Shown here: positions 24,241 to 36,850 of the stretch, piece by piece
Numbering within the stretch: position 1 is the stretch's first letter
Layout: each line of letters starts with the position of its first letter
Assembly: GCF_963921235.1 (NCBI RefSeq)
Contig: NC_086097.1
Location: 145,082,001-145,146,000 of the forward strand
Length of the DNA stretch: 64,000 nucleotides
From: Mobula hypostoma
Lineage: Eukaryota
Direction of reading: 5' to 3'
Program-made: the position numbers and the translations under genes
Notes under the pieces: model-generated
Told to the model about the DNA's origin: nothing
Seen by the model: only the letters and a program-made list of their open reading frames with translations
Databases searched by the model: none

Positions 24241-24719
24241 ATCATTAGCTGCAACGCCAGTTCCTCAACACGACCTCTAAGGAGCTATATTTTGATACAA
24301 TTCACGCAGAGGTAGTTATCAGGGAGACTGGAAGACTCCCAGAGTTCCCACATTCCACACAAAGTACACTGACTCTGAACCTTTTCTCAGTGAACTAGTT
24401 ATGGGCTAATGGACAAAGAAAGAGAAAAAAAAACTTACTAGAAACTTACTTAGAACCTCTGCCTGTCTTGCCCAAGCCTGTCCTTGTTGAAACCTGTTTA
24501 GTGAAAGCCTGACCACTCTAACACTGGCCCACTCCAACAGTGGCTGCTCTCCTTATACATCCCTTCTTCTTACTGGCTCAGATAAAACTCACTCCCAACA
24601 AGACTTGTTCTTCTGCAAGTGTTCCAGCCTTGCAATCATGTCTTTCTCTCACTCACCACTTCAAATTATGATACATTCCTGTCGAGAGGTGATCTTTAAA
24701 AAAGACTCCCTCCTTGTAA

Positions 24720-24753
<34 letters not shown>

Positions 24754-25609
24754 TGATTCTTCAAACTCACTCACTCACCAATCTGTTAGACCCAGGCTAG
24801 ATTATCTCAGATGTTGACACCCAGGAACTTGCAACTGCTCACCCTGTTGTGGATTATCATGAACTGGCAAGCTTAATTGATACCTTTGGGTCTGTTTTTG
24901 GTCCATACCCATAGTTAGAATAAGTTTGGGAAGATGAATTGTTTAGCTGTAGTACTACCCTTACCCATTACTCAGTCAACAAGTATAAGCAAGGGAAACT
25001 GTATGCCCAATGTCGAGATATTATGTTCCACTTGAATCTAGATCCTTATCTATCAGAACTAGAAGATTAATTGATTAGCAAGAAGATAAAAAATTATCAC
25101 AAGTAATGGGAATGCATATGTGAAGGTCCATAAGATTCTCCCCACCTACAAAACGACCTTATGCTTTTTCTTCATTGTTACTATGCTATCATGTTTTGCA
25201 ATGAAGAAAATAGAAAAAAAATGGAGGGCAATTGAAGGCATAGGTCAGGCATTTTGTTGCAAGGCTAGCAAGCAATATCTCTGCTTATGAGACTTCAGGG
25301 TTCAAAGTGGACAAGAAAGAAAGAAAGAGTACAACATCTTGCCATCACTGTTCTGGTTAGGTCATTGCATTTCTTGCAAGAGCACCATTCAGACCACAAC
25401 ATATCCAAGTTTGAGGTTTGAGACATTGGAGTGGAAGATTCAGACTGGCCTTGCATCCATAAGTCTCCTTCCAAAACCTCATTCTCATAAATGGGTAGTG
25501 TCATAAAGTCATACAGAACAGCAACAGACTGCCAAATCCCACCATCACACACTCATTCACACCAATCCTACTTTATACACCCCACATTCCCATTTTCTAC
25601 CCCCACCAC

Positions 25610-25790
25610 ACACCTAATTAATCTATTAATCTGCACATTGTTAGTAATCTGGGAGGAAACCAGAGCTCCCAGAGGAATCCCATGTTGACACAAGGTGAAC
25701 TTGATGATTCTACACAGACATCGCCCAGAGTTTGGGTTGAATTTAGAGCTGCAAGGAAGCAGCTCTCCTAGCTGTATTACTGTGCCACAC
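25610..25790 (-). mobile_element. Degenerate V-domain SINE
   Basis: gggaggaaaccagagctcccagaggaatcccatg is the reverse complement of the SINE core. Confidence 0.55.
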
Positions 25791-26259
25791 ATACCAACAT
25801 TGTCTTTTCTGTCCATAAGAAATGAAACATTTGAAACAAGGAGATTTATGAAGGTGCAGGCATTAAAATTGGGGGAGGGGGGAGTGTAATTTACCTACAC
25901 TGAACTGATTTCACACAATAAAGTTCTGAACCTCATATGCATGACTTATTTGGTGAGACAATAAAAAGCCAGTTGAATGTTTCCTTATAAATGAAGAATG
26001 GGCTATATTTCAGAATACTTTACTGCCTCTGGTGACATGTCATGGTATATAGACAGAGACATCTGTTACTGCCAAGTCCAGCATTTTTTGTTATTACCAG
26101 TCTTATGGCTTTAAAAAGGTGAAGAGTAACTTGCTAGGTTGCCTCAGATCCTGATAATGAGACAGCCACTTCGGAGTTGGACAGGAGCCTGACTAAGTAA
26201 GGACACTTGGATTCCTTCAGTAGTGTTAACTAGCTGGGTTTTCACAACACTTCTTATGC

Positions 26260-27378
26260 TCTCAATCTCCTCACTAACTTTCAGTTCCCTGGCCCTGATT
26301 ACCTCATTCTCACCATGGATGTCCTGCCCCTATCCCCTTCTATACACCATCAAGAGGGCCTTAACGCTCTCTTCTTCTTTCCTGACAATAGACCTAACCA
26401 GTTGCCCCCGATCACCACCCACATCCATCCGGCAGAGCTGGTCCTCAAATGTAACAATTTCTCTTTCAGCTCCTCCCATTTTCCCCAAACTCAAGGTGTA
26501 GCCGTGCACACTTGCATGGGCCCCAGCTAAGTTTGCCTTTTTGTTGGCTTCGTGGGTCAGTCCACATTCCAAGCTTTCCCTGGTGTTCCTTCCTCACCTC
26601 CATTCAGGGCCCCAAACAGTCCTTCCAGGTAAGGCAATACTTCACCTCTGAATCTGCTGGGGCCATGTACTGCAACCGGTACTCCTGATGTGGTCCCCTC
26701 TATACTGGTGAGACCTGACATAGATTGGGGGGGCACTTTGTTGAGCACCATCACTCCATTTGCAAAAAAGCAGGGTTTCCCAGTGGCCAACAATTTTAAT
26801 TCCAATCCCCATTCCTTTTCTGACATGCTGGTCCATGGCCTCCTTTACTGCCATGCTGAGGCTACTCTCAGATTGAAGGAACAACACCTGACGTTTAAAC
26901 TGGATAGCCTCCAACCTGATGGCATGAGTATCAATCTCTCCAGCTTCCTGTACTTTTCCCCTCTACCCTCCCCAATCTCGCCCCCATTTACCTTTTCTCT
27001 ACTCCTCACTTTCCTATCACCTCCTCCTGTGTCCATTCTCCTTCCTTTTCTCCCATGGTCAACTCTTCTCTCCAATCAGATTCCTCCTTCTCCAGCCCTT
27101 TACCTTTTCCACCTATCACCTCCAAGCTTCTTACTTCATCCCCCCCTCCACCACCCACTCAGCTGCACCTATCACCTTTTAATTTGTACTTGCCCCCCAC
27201 CACCCCACCCTCTTATTCAGGCTTCTTCCCCCTTCCTTTCCAGTCCTGATGAAAGGCTCTGAGCTGAAATGTCAACTGTTTATTCATTTCCATAGATACT
27301 GCCTGACCTGCTGGCTTTCTCCAACATTTTGTGTGTTGCTCCGAACTTCCAGCATCTGCAGAATCTCTTGTGTTTTTG
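26260..27378 (+). mobile_element. Penelope-like element (Neptune-type), internally deleted
   Basis: HPAELVLKCNNFSFSSSHFPQTQGVAVHTCMGPS (RT) joined to a CGPLYTGET GIY-YIG region; tail with a hammerhead core at 27241-27278. Confidence 0.8.
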
Positions 27379-27823
27379 ATTTTTCACACCAGTGTACAGC
27401 CACATGGTCATTTTCACTAATATTTCACTTCTCTTTTCACTTTTATTTCAAAAGTAATTCATGTCCTTTAAAAGTAATTTTTGTTATCTGACTCCACCAC
27501 CTCCTCTAGCAAGGAGTTCCAGATATCAGCTACTCCCTCTGCAAAAACCTTCCCATCAAATGCCCTTTAAAATTCCTTTTCCTCATACTAAACTTCTGCC
27601 CTTTTATTTTTGATACTTCTCTGATGGGAAAAAGACTCAGCATAGCTACTCCCTCTCTCCCTCTTGCAACCTTATATATCTCTGTCAGGTCACTCTTCAT
27701 CTTTTTTTTTGTTCTAGCATAAACAAGTCCTGCCTACCCTATGGAATAGCTGTGCCTATTTCATTGGGTATATTTAAGGCAGAGGTTAATAGGTTCTTTA
27801 TCAGTCAGGGCATCAAAGGTTAC

Positions 27824-28499
27824 TGTTGCAATGAGGCATAGGGGAGCGGACCCAAGTGCAGAACACAGGCACGGAGAGCGGGTTAAGATTCTTACGCAGA
27901 CTTGAACATTGACTTGGACTCGGTGCCCGGACTTGGACTTGATTGGACACCAAGCCTGGACTTGGATTTGACTTGGACACCGAGCGACAAAACCAAACAA
28001 CGACAGACAACTCGTATCGCGGCTCGGAGCAGCGGCAAACAGCCTGCAATGCTCAGCCAGACACAAAATGACAAAAACAAACAACGATAGACAATTCATA
28101 TCTCGACTCCAGGTAGCTCATGAAGCGGCAAACAGCCAGCAAAACTCAGCTGGATGACAGGCTCTCGACTCGACCCAGGAACAGCAGATATCAGGCTCTC
28201 AACTCGACCCAGGAACTGCGGGTGACAGGCTCATGATTTGACCCAGGAACTGCAGACAACAGGCTCTCAACTCAACCCAGGAACAGCAGATGACAGGCTC
28301 TCGACTCGACTCATTCTTGGCAGTCTGGAACGAGCATAGCCGCACTGCTGAGGTGACGAACCAGCAGCGAGTAGATGTAAGCCAGAGTTTTTATGCTGCC
28401 GGTTCGAATGAGGATCAGGTGCCCCAATCAAGGAGCCCGGTGGAACACGGGGAAAAGGAAATGAACTGAAATGAGAAGTCAACAGACCAGACCGTGACA
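27824..28499 (-). mobile_element. Solo LTR (676 bp) inserted in a CR1 3' fragment
   Basis: tgttgca...cgtgaca termini with a 5-bp TSD gttac (27819-27823 and 28500-28504). CR1 sequence is continuous across it. Strand is tentative. Confidence 0.85.
28157..28310. repeat. 34-bp tandem repeat (about 4.5 copies) inside the solo LTR
   Basis: Unit is approximately acaggctctcgactcgacccaggaacagcagatg. Confidence 0.85.
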
Positions 28500-29850
28500 G
28501 TTACAGGGAGAAGGCAAGGAAACTGTGGTTGAGAGGAATAATAAATCAGCCATGAAGGAATAGCAGAGCAGTCTGGACGGGCGGAATGCCCTAACTCCGC
28601 TGTTATGTTTTATGGCCTATACAATAGCTCCCCACGACTAATGTTCCCCAATCTAGGCAAAATCTCTCGTAAATCACTTGCACTCTCTCCAGCTGATCCG
28701 TACCCTTCCTACAGTTTGGAGACCAGAACCACACACAGTTTTTTTATAAAGTTTCAACATAACATCTTAACATACCTTCTATCCCCTGACCTATCTATCT
28801 GATTTCTGACCTTAAGGGATCTGTTCATCAACATTCCCTAGTGCCCTCATTTACTATATTATATTTATCTCACTGTATGTGACTTCTGAAAATACACCAG
28901 CTCCTGGTTGTTAGGGTTAAATTCCATCTGCCAATACTCCACCTAACTTTCCATCTGAACTGTATCCTGTTGTAGCCTCAGATAACCTTCTTCATCATCC
29001 ACAACACCATCAAGTTTCGTGCAAATTTAAGAATCTATGTTTCAAACTACCGTGGATTATTAATCCCATAACACCACCACTATAGTTTTTACTCTTATTT
29101 TGACTTTAATTTTCTAAGTGCCAGACACTTTAAATCCAATTTTAGACAAATACAATATGAGCCTTGAGAGCCAATTTGAATCATAGGCTGACCTTTGGGA
29201 ATGATCTGACCTGATCTGTGAAGTGATTATACAACATGGTCTTAAAAGTCAAGCCAAGCAACTGTCAGTACTTTACAAAACAAGGTCAGGCAGTCTCAGC
29301 GCAGATGCTGAAATCATTTCTGTCACACAGAGAGAGCAGACAGTTAAGGGAAACAACAAAGAGCTGGAGACTCATCCAGCATTTGCCAATCATTACTTAA
29401 GGTTTGTATGTGTGGAGGAGTGTTTTAATGTTTTCTATCTGGTCAGTCTTTTCAAAAACCAGATGCCTGTTGATTTATTGCAAGACCTTTGACCTCTGTA
29501 TCAACAGTACAATCTATGGATTCTCGTCCACAGCAAACTTGGACATATGCAGGTCAGTATCACATCTTGTAGAGTTGTCTCTCAAAGTACTTTCCAAACT
29601 AATGAATGACCCTAAAGTGCAGAAAATGTCACTGCTGCACAGATGAAGTAGCTACCCAATACCCATCAAGAAAATAGCCAGCCTAGTAACATTTCCCTTC
29701 ATGGTGATGGTTTAGGGATGCTTTCTGGTCAGGACACCTGTAAACAGCTGGTTGCCCAATCTCCAAACAGCTAATCTTCCTCAGCCCTGCACTAAGGTGA
29801 TGGGCTTCTACAGAGTTTCAAACTTCCCAACCTTTGCACCAACAGACAGA

Positions 29851-30118
29851 ACACAAAATACTCTGCAGATGCTGGGGTCAAAGCAACACTCACAACATGC
29901 TGGAGGAACTCAACAGGTCGGGCAGCATCCGTGGAAACCATCAGTCAACATTTCGGGCCGGAACCCTTCGTCAAGACTGAAGAGGAAGGGGAAGGGAAGG
30001 GAAGGGTCTCTGCCCCTTCCCTCTTCAGTCCTAACGAAGAGTTCCGGCCCGAAACGTTGACTGACCGTTTCCACGGATGCTACCCAACCTGCTGAGTTCC
30101 TCCAGCGTGTTGTGAGTG
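29851..30118. mobile_element. Palindromic Penelope-tail cassette with two hammerhead motifs
   Basis: Inverted arms at 29883-29990 and 30013-30122; flanking direct repeat ttgcaccaacagacaga (29834-29850 and 30119-30135). Confidence 0.85.
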
Positions 30119-30811
30119 TTGCACCAACAGACAGACTCTGCTCCCGAAGTCTGGATGCCAGGTCTCCCAGCAACATAAACTGCTGAGTGGCAGGAGGCTT
30201 CAGGTGAAGTGGAATCAAAGGAAGAAATGGGATTTCTGTCTCAATCAGAGATGGGTGAGTGGAGAAAGTGTAGACTTCTCCTGTGGTTTGAAGCACAGCC
30301 TTACATACTGCAGTGCTGCAGCTAGAAGAAAGTGGTATTGTAGCACCAGTTTTCTAAATTCACTCCTGACCTCTGGTGATGTCTCTAAGGTTTTCTTGCT
30401 CACTCTGTGACCACTTTTCTTAATATGTTGCAGTTTCCTCTATCTGCCGGAGACATGCCATATTGGTCAGTGAACTGACCACAGTAAATTGCACTGGAAG
30501 GCGAATGTGAAGGAAGGTGAATCACTAATACTATCAAAATCTGGAGGGGTTGATGGGAAATGTGGGGTGTGTGATAGTTTATGTGGACTCAGCCTGTTGC
30601 TGTGTTGTATGAGTCAATAGCTCATTGCAATTTGCTCACTCCATTTATCACATGTGCATCAAAACATACAATAAAATGTGTCATTTGTGTTAACAACCAA
30701 CGCAGCCAAGGATACGTTGGGGGTCACCTGTGAGTGTTGCCACACATCCGGTTACCTACATAGCATGCCCACAGAGCAACACAGAACACAGCAAGTGACA
30801 AAATGTGCATG

Positions 30812-31483
30812 AGTCGCAACAGGTTGATTTGCAGGTGCAGCAGGGCTATCAAGAAGGCAAATGGAATGCTGGCCTTCATTGCTAGAGGGTTTGAATTTAA
30901 GACCAGGGAGGTTACGCTGCAAATGTGAGGCCGTACCTGGAGTACTGCATGCAGTTCTGGTCTCCTTACTTGAGGAAGGAGGTGGCTTTGGAGGTGGTGC
31001 AGAGGAGGTTCACCAGGTTGATTCCAGAGAAGGAGGGGTTAGACTATGAGGAGAGAATGAGTCGCCTGGGACTATACTCGCTGGGATTCAGAAGAGTGAG
31101 TGGCGATCTTATAGGAACATATAAACATATGAAAGGGATAGATAAGATAGAGGCAGGAAAGTTGTTTTCTCTGATAGGTGAGACCAGAACTAGGGGACAT
31201 AGCCTCAAGATTCAGGGGAGTAGATTTAGGACAGAGATGAGGAGGAAGTCCTTTTCCCAAAGGGTGGTGAATCTAGAATTCTTTGCCCAATGAAGCAGTG
31301 GAGGCTACCTCGGTATATATACTTAAGTCAAGGTTGGATAGATTTTTGCATAGTAGGGGAATTAAGGATTATGGGGAAGAGGCAGGTCGGTGGAGATGAG
31401 TCCATGGCTAGATCAGCCATGATCTTATTGAATGGTGGAGCCAGGTGGCCTACTCCTGCTCCTATTTCTTATGTTCTTATGTT
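30812..31483 (+). mobile_element. CR1 3' fragment
   Basis: ORF 30925-31293 (RPYLEYCMQFWSPYL...TRGHSLK) and a (ttcttatg)n tail. Confidence 0.88.
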
Positions 31484-31919
31484 CGAAAATAATAACGGCA
31501 AATTAAGCCCCATTCTTTCCACCAAGCACCCAATGGATTCCGGCCATCAGGCATCAACTTCCAATCGATCTCTAGGCTTCAAGCTTTGGTCTGGACTCCA
31601 CGACTCTCCGATCGCTGAACACTTGGTCACAAACTCCAGACTTGCCAATGACAGGATCCCAAACTCTAGACCTCAACTCTGGTCTCACCAATTCACATAC
31701 TTAGGGAGTGATCAGCCCTTATTCCTCCCAGCTGTATGGATCACTAATTCCAGAAGCCGCCAACAATTTGCTGTCCCTCGGCAGGAGGGGCTGTTCACCA
31801 GCCTTCATCCACATTGTTCTGGTGGCCTGACATCTGCTTACGGATGTCCCACTTCCAAGTCATTGGCTTGAGAGAGTGACTGTATTATATGCCATACTGT
31901 TCTATGTTTAAACTGTACT

Positions 31920-32560
31920 TCAAAGATTTCAAAGGTATATTTATTGTCAGAGAAATGTATACAATATACATCCTGAAATACTTTTTCTGCGCAAAAGTCC
32001 AGGAAAACAGAGGAGTGCCCCAAAGAATAAATGACAGTTAAATGTTAGAACCCCAGTGTCTCCCCAGCAACCCCTGCACACATGCATAAGCAGCAGCAAA
32101 GCAATGATCCCCCTCCCCCACCGGCAAAAATCATCGGCACTCTCCACCAAGCACTCAAGCGTGCAGCAAGGCAGCAATAAAGATCCGGACATGCAGTACC
32201 ACAAAGACTACTCGTTCACCCGGTAATTCACCATGCCACAGGGTCGGGTCTCTGGGCACACAGCCAGCAGGCAGCTTGCTGCTTTCGATCTTCCCACAAC
32301 ACACCAATCTCCTGCAGCAGCTCCGATCTCGAGTCCACCGGCCTCCAGAGCCATGAAATCCCAGAACCCTGAAGGCATGATAGTCCTTGGTATATCAAAT
32401 AACGGCTAGTCGTGAGACCCTGACAGCAGGTCCCGTTCCTGCAAAGAACCGAAGTCAGCCTGTAATTCCAGGTCAGGGTCTTCAAAAGAACCCTGAAAGG
32501 CGAAAATAGAGATAAAAAAAATTTGGTATTTTGAAGAGTCTGTTGTGTAGTTAATATGGC
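31920..32560 (-). mobile_element. Non-coding LINE-tail family element
   Basis: Shares its 3' part with 23787-24240. Confidence 0.6.
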
Positions 32561-33034
32561 CGGCTGCCAGGGTAGTTGTGAGCAGCAAGAGGAAGGGAAA
32601 GGAAGAGGAGTGTGCCCTACGATTTAGTGGTCATTATTCCTTTGCCTTAGTGTGTAATGCAAGAGTCTGCTGCAATTGCCTGGCATTCCTGCGTGTCGGT
32701 TGTGAGCTGTTTGTACTTTATTCTCCGTGTCCTGATTTTATTTGTTTGGCACATTCAAAGCTGTACACTGTAAAGTGATGATGTTAGTTACTTGTGTCAG
32801 ATTTGTAGATTGTCCAGTTATTTATTTTGGAAGCCTTGTAAAGGCAGTGTGCTGTCTAATATAAAACCTCATTCCTCACTCCCACTCTCCTTTTTTTAAT
32901 CAAATAATCACTGATTAGTCTTTCAAGAAGAACCTGCTTTAACTCACTCGAGTCAACCCCCTCAAAGTGATTCTCTGTACTGGTTTTCGTCTGTATAGTT
33001 AACCGTCAAAAGCTAAATCTGGATAGAACTGGGC

Positions 33035-34114
33035 TAATTTGGGAGCGGCCATTGTGGGAGGGGCCAGTGTTAGAGTGGGGAGGCTTTGGCTCATAGAAAC
33101 TTCAGTGAGATGAGATGGAGACTGTGGATATTTTGTTTTTCATTCTTTTTTTTTCTTTCTCATTCCATTTTTTTTCTTTCTCTTTCCACAATTAGAGCAA
33201 CAGGAACGCCAGGCATGTTAGTGGAATGCTCCTCTTGCGGGAAGTGGGACGGCAAGGAGATTTCCTGTGTCACTGACAACTACACCTGTAAGAATTACAT
33301 TCATCTGCAGCTTCTTTCAGACTGTGTTAAGAAGTTGGAGCTAGAAATTGATGAACTTTGGATCAATTGAGAGGCTGAGAGGTTGATCAATAGGACAAAC
33401 AGGGAGGTCATTACATACAAGGTGTAGGACACGGGTAACTGAGTGACCAACAGAAGAGGTAAAGAGGGTAGTCAGCCAGTGCAGGGTACATCTATGGCCA
33501 TTCCCCTCATCAACAGATATACTAGTTTGGATACTGTTGGGAGGGATGACCTGGTAGAGGAAAGACACAGCAGTCAGGTCTCTGGCACTGAGTCTGATTC
33601 TGTAGCTCAGAAGGGAAAGGGAAGAAGATGTGAGATATAGTGAAAGGGAATTCAATGGTTAGGAGATCAAATAGGAGGTTCTGTGAATGAAAATGAGATT
33701 TCTAGATGGTATGTTGCCTCCCAGGTGTCAGGGATATCTCAAATTGAGTCCATAGCATTCTTCAGTGGGAGGCTGAGCATCCAGAGGTCGTAATCCACGT
33801 TGGTACCAATGACATGGGTTGAGAGGTCAATGAGGTCCTGCAAACTGAGCTCAGAGAGTTAGGTGCTAACCTGAAGGACCTCCAGGGTTGTGATCTCAAG
33901 ATCACTGCCCATGCCATGAGCTAGTGAAGCCAGAAACAGGAAGATCACACAGCTTAACATGTGGCTAAGGAGATGGTGCAGGAGGGAAGGCTTCAGATTT
34001 TTGGATAAATAGGATCTCTTCCAGGGAAGAAGGGACCTGTATAAAAGGGACAGTTTGCACCTGAACTGAAGGGGGACTAATATCTTTATGAGAAGGTTTG
34101 CTTGTGCTGTACAG
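33035..34114 (+). mobile_element. CR1 5' UTR and disabled ORF1 (zinc finger/leucine zipper plus esterase)
   Basis: MLVECSSCGKW...YTCKNYIHLQLL...LELEIDEL, followed by MVCCLPG, VIHVGTND and a DSLHLN-like SGNH motif. Confidence 0.82.
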
Positions 34115-34806
34115 TGTTATGTTTCGTAACTCCAGAAATTAATTGAAAGAAAAACACAGCAGCCGCAATATGTTTTGTCCACTTACTTCTTCTCTAGTGA
34201 GGCACGTGCAGGTGATGTTGTGGCAGAATGACGTATTCCATTCATGTACTTCTTACATGTAACCCATAATCAATTATGTAAACAATGAAAAATGCTTAAT
34301 CAAATAATATACTTACAAAAAAGATTTAGTGCTTTCCCGGTGTATATGATGAATAAACTCTTTTTGGACTTCCAGCTGGGTACAGGTATTGATTAAAACC
34401 GATGTTTCGATGACAAACTCTGCCATTTTTATCAGGGATGATGCCTGCGCTTGCCTGGTCTGGTGGAATTTATACTTCCCTCCTGATTGGTTAGTACTCA
34501 TCCAATCAGGTTTCCACTCTCCCACCTTGTTTACATTCGAATTCCAGTTCTTACTTAGAGCGAGACCTTTGTCTTTGTTAAAATTCTTTTCCTCTAGTTT
34601 TATTTCAATGGCTTCCTTCACCAGGCAGTCCCAAAAGCCATTGGTGCGGCTCAATAGTCTTGTACCATTGAAGTCAACCCTAAGTCAACCCATTGTCAAC
34701 CCTATGGCCACTACATATGCAGTGTTCTGCTACCGCCGATTTCTTAAAACTGATTCCTTAAAAGGGCTGACGGAAAAACCAGAAAATCTAACAATGAGGA
34801 GGGGCT

Positions 34807-35491
34807 TTTGGTACATTGGCCTTTATTAATCAAAGTATTGAGTATATTTTGGTACATCGGCCTTTATTAATCAAAGTATTGAGTATAAGAGCTGGAATGT
34901 TATGATGAGGTTGTATAAGGCATTGGTGAGGCCGAATCTGGAGTATTGTGTTCAGTTTTGGTCACCAAATTACAGTAAGGATATAAATAAGGTTGAAAGA
35001 GTGCAGAGAAGGTTTACAAGGATGTTGCCGGGACTTGAGAAACTCAGTTACAGAGAAAGGTTGAATAGGTTGGGACTTTATTCCCTGGAGCGTAGAAGAA
35101 TGAGGGGAGATTTGATAGAGGTATATAAAATTATGATGGGTATAGATAGAGTGAATGCAAGCAGGCTTTTTCCACTGAGGCAAGGGGAGAAAAAAACTAG
35201 AGGACATGGGTTTAGGGTGAGGGGGGGAAAGTTTAAAGGGAATATTAGGGGGGGTTTCTGCACACAGAGAGTGGTGGGAGTGTGGAATGAGCTGCCAGAC
35301 GAGGTGGTAAATGTGGGTTCTTTTTTAACATTTAAGAATAAATTGGACAGATACATGGATGGGAGGTGTACGGAGGGATATTGTCCGTGTGCAAGTCAGT
35401 GGGACTAGGCAGAAAATGGTTCGGCACAACCAAGAAGGGCCAAAAGGCCTGTTTCTGTGCTGTAGTTTCTATGGTTTCTATGGTTCTATGG
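34807..35491 (+). mobile_element. Young CR1 3' fragment
   Basis: Uninterrupted ORF 34902-35408 (LYKALVRPNLEYCVQFWSP...TRGHG) and a (ttctatgg)n tail. Confidence 0.92.
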
Positions 35492-35897
35492 GCCTGTCTC
35501 TACCCTCTGTCTTCCCTATATTTCTACAGTTTTTGGAAGGATCACCAGGATCTGGAAAAAAATACCAGATTATTACCATCCACAAACCAGTGAGGAAGCT
35601 CAGATCACAGTTTATGCGGATCAAAGATGACTTGGGACTCAGGACAGCTAGTGTTTACAGGATTCCCTGTGAGTGTGGAACAGCATTTATCAGCCATACG
35701 GGATGCATGGTGGAAACCCGTATCAAAGAGCACAGGAGGTGCATCTGTTTGGGTTACCCAGAGAAATCGGTGGTAGCAGAACACTGCATTCACAATGGCC
35801 ATTGGATTGACTTCGACCGTACAAAACTACTGTGCCATGCCAATGGCTTTAGGGATCGCCTGGTAAAGGAAGCCATTGAAATGAAACTAGAAGAAAA

Positions 35898-36850
35898 GAA
35901 ACACAGAAACATAGAAGAATTACAGCACAATACAGGCCCTTCGGCTGTACTTACTTTAGAAATTACTGAGGGTTACCCATAGCCCTGTATTTTCTAAGCT
36001 CTATGTACCTATCCAAGACTCTCTGAAAAGACCCTATTGTATCTGCCTCCACCACTGTCACCGGCAGCGCATTCCATGCACTTAACACTCTTTACGTAAA
36101 AAATTTACCCCTGACTTCTCCTCTGTACCTACTTTCAAGCACCTTAAAACTGTGTCCTCTCATGATAGCCATTTCACCCCTGGGAAAAAGCTTCTGATTA
36201 TCCACATATGATCAATGCCTCTCATCATCCTACGTTGCTCCAATGAGAAAAGGCCAAGTGTTCACTCAACCTATTCTCATAAGGCATGCTCGCCAATTCA
36301 GGCAACATCCTTGTAAATCTCCTCTGCACCCTTTCTACAATTTCCACATCCTTCCTGTAGTGAGGGGACCAGAACTGAGCACAGGACTCCTTGTGGGATC
36401 TGACCAAGGTCCTATATAGCTGTAACATTACTTCTTGGCTCTTGAACTCAATCCCATGGTTGATGAAGGCCAATACACTGTATACCTTCTTAAACACACA
36501 ATTAACCTGCGCAGCAGCTTTGAGTGAGCTATGGACTCCAAGATCCCTCTGATCCTCCACACTGCCAAGAATCTTACCATTAATACTATATTCTGCCATC
36601 ATATTTGACCTACCAAAATAAACCACCTCACACTTATCTGGGTTGAACTCCATCTGCCACTTCTCAGCCCAGTTTTGCATCCTATCGACGTCCCACTGTA
36701 ACCTCTGACAACCCCCCACACTATCCACAACACCCCCAACCTTTGTGTCACCAGCAAATTTACTAACCCATCCCTCCACTTACTCATCCAGATCATTTAT
36801 AAAAATCACAAAAAGAAGGGATCCCAGAACAGATCCCTGAGGTACACCAG
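35898..36850 (-). mobile_element. CR1 RT/3' fragment
   Basis: Minus ORF 36225-36779 (SKFAGDTKVGG...WQMEFNPDKCEVV). Confidence 0.9.

Noticed and set aside
28157..28310. 34-bp repeats resembling a CRISPR array
   Set aside because: The units are head-to-tail without unique spacers, lie within a solo LTR in eukaryotic DNA, and no cas genes are present.
30194..30260. Possible small exon ending at G|gtgagt
   Set aside because: The donor is good, but there is no polypyrimidine acceptor and the peptide is unrecognised.
34902..35408. Intact 168-aa ORF as a functional gene
   Set aside because: It is only the C-terminal part of CR1 ORF2 in a 5'-truncated copy.
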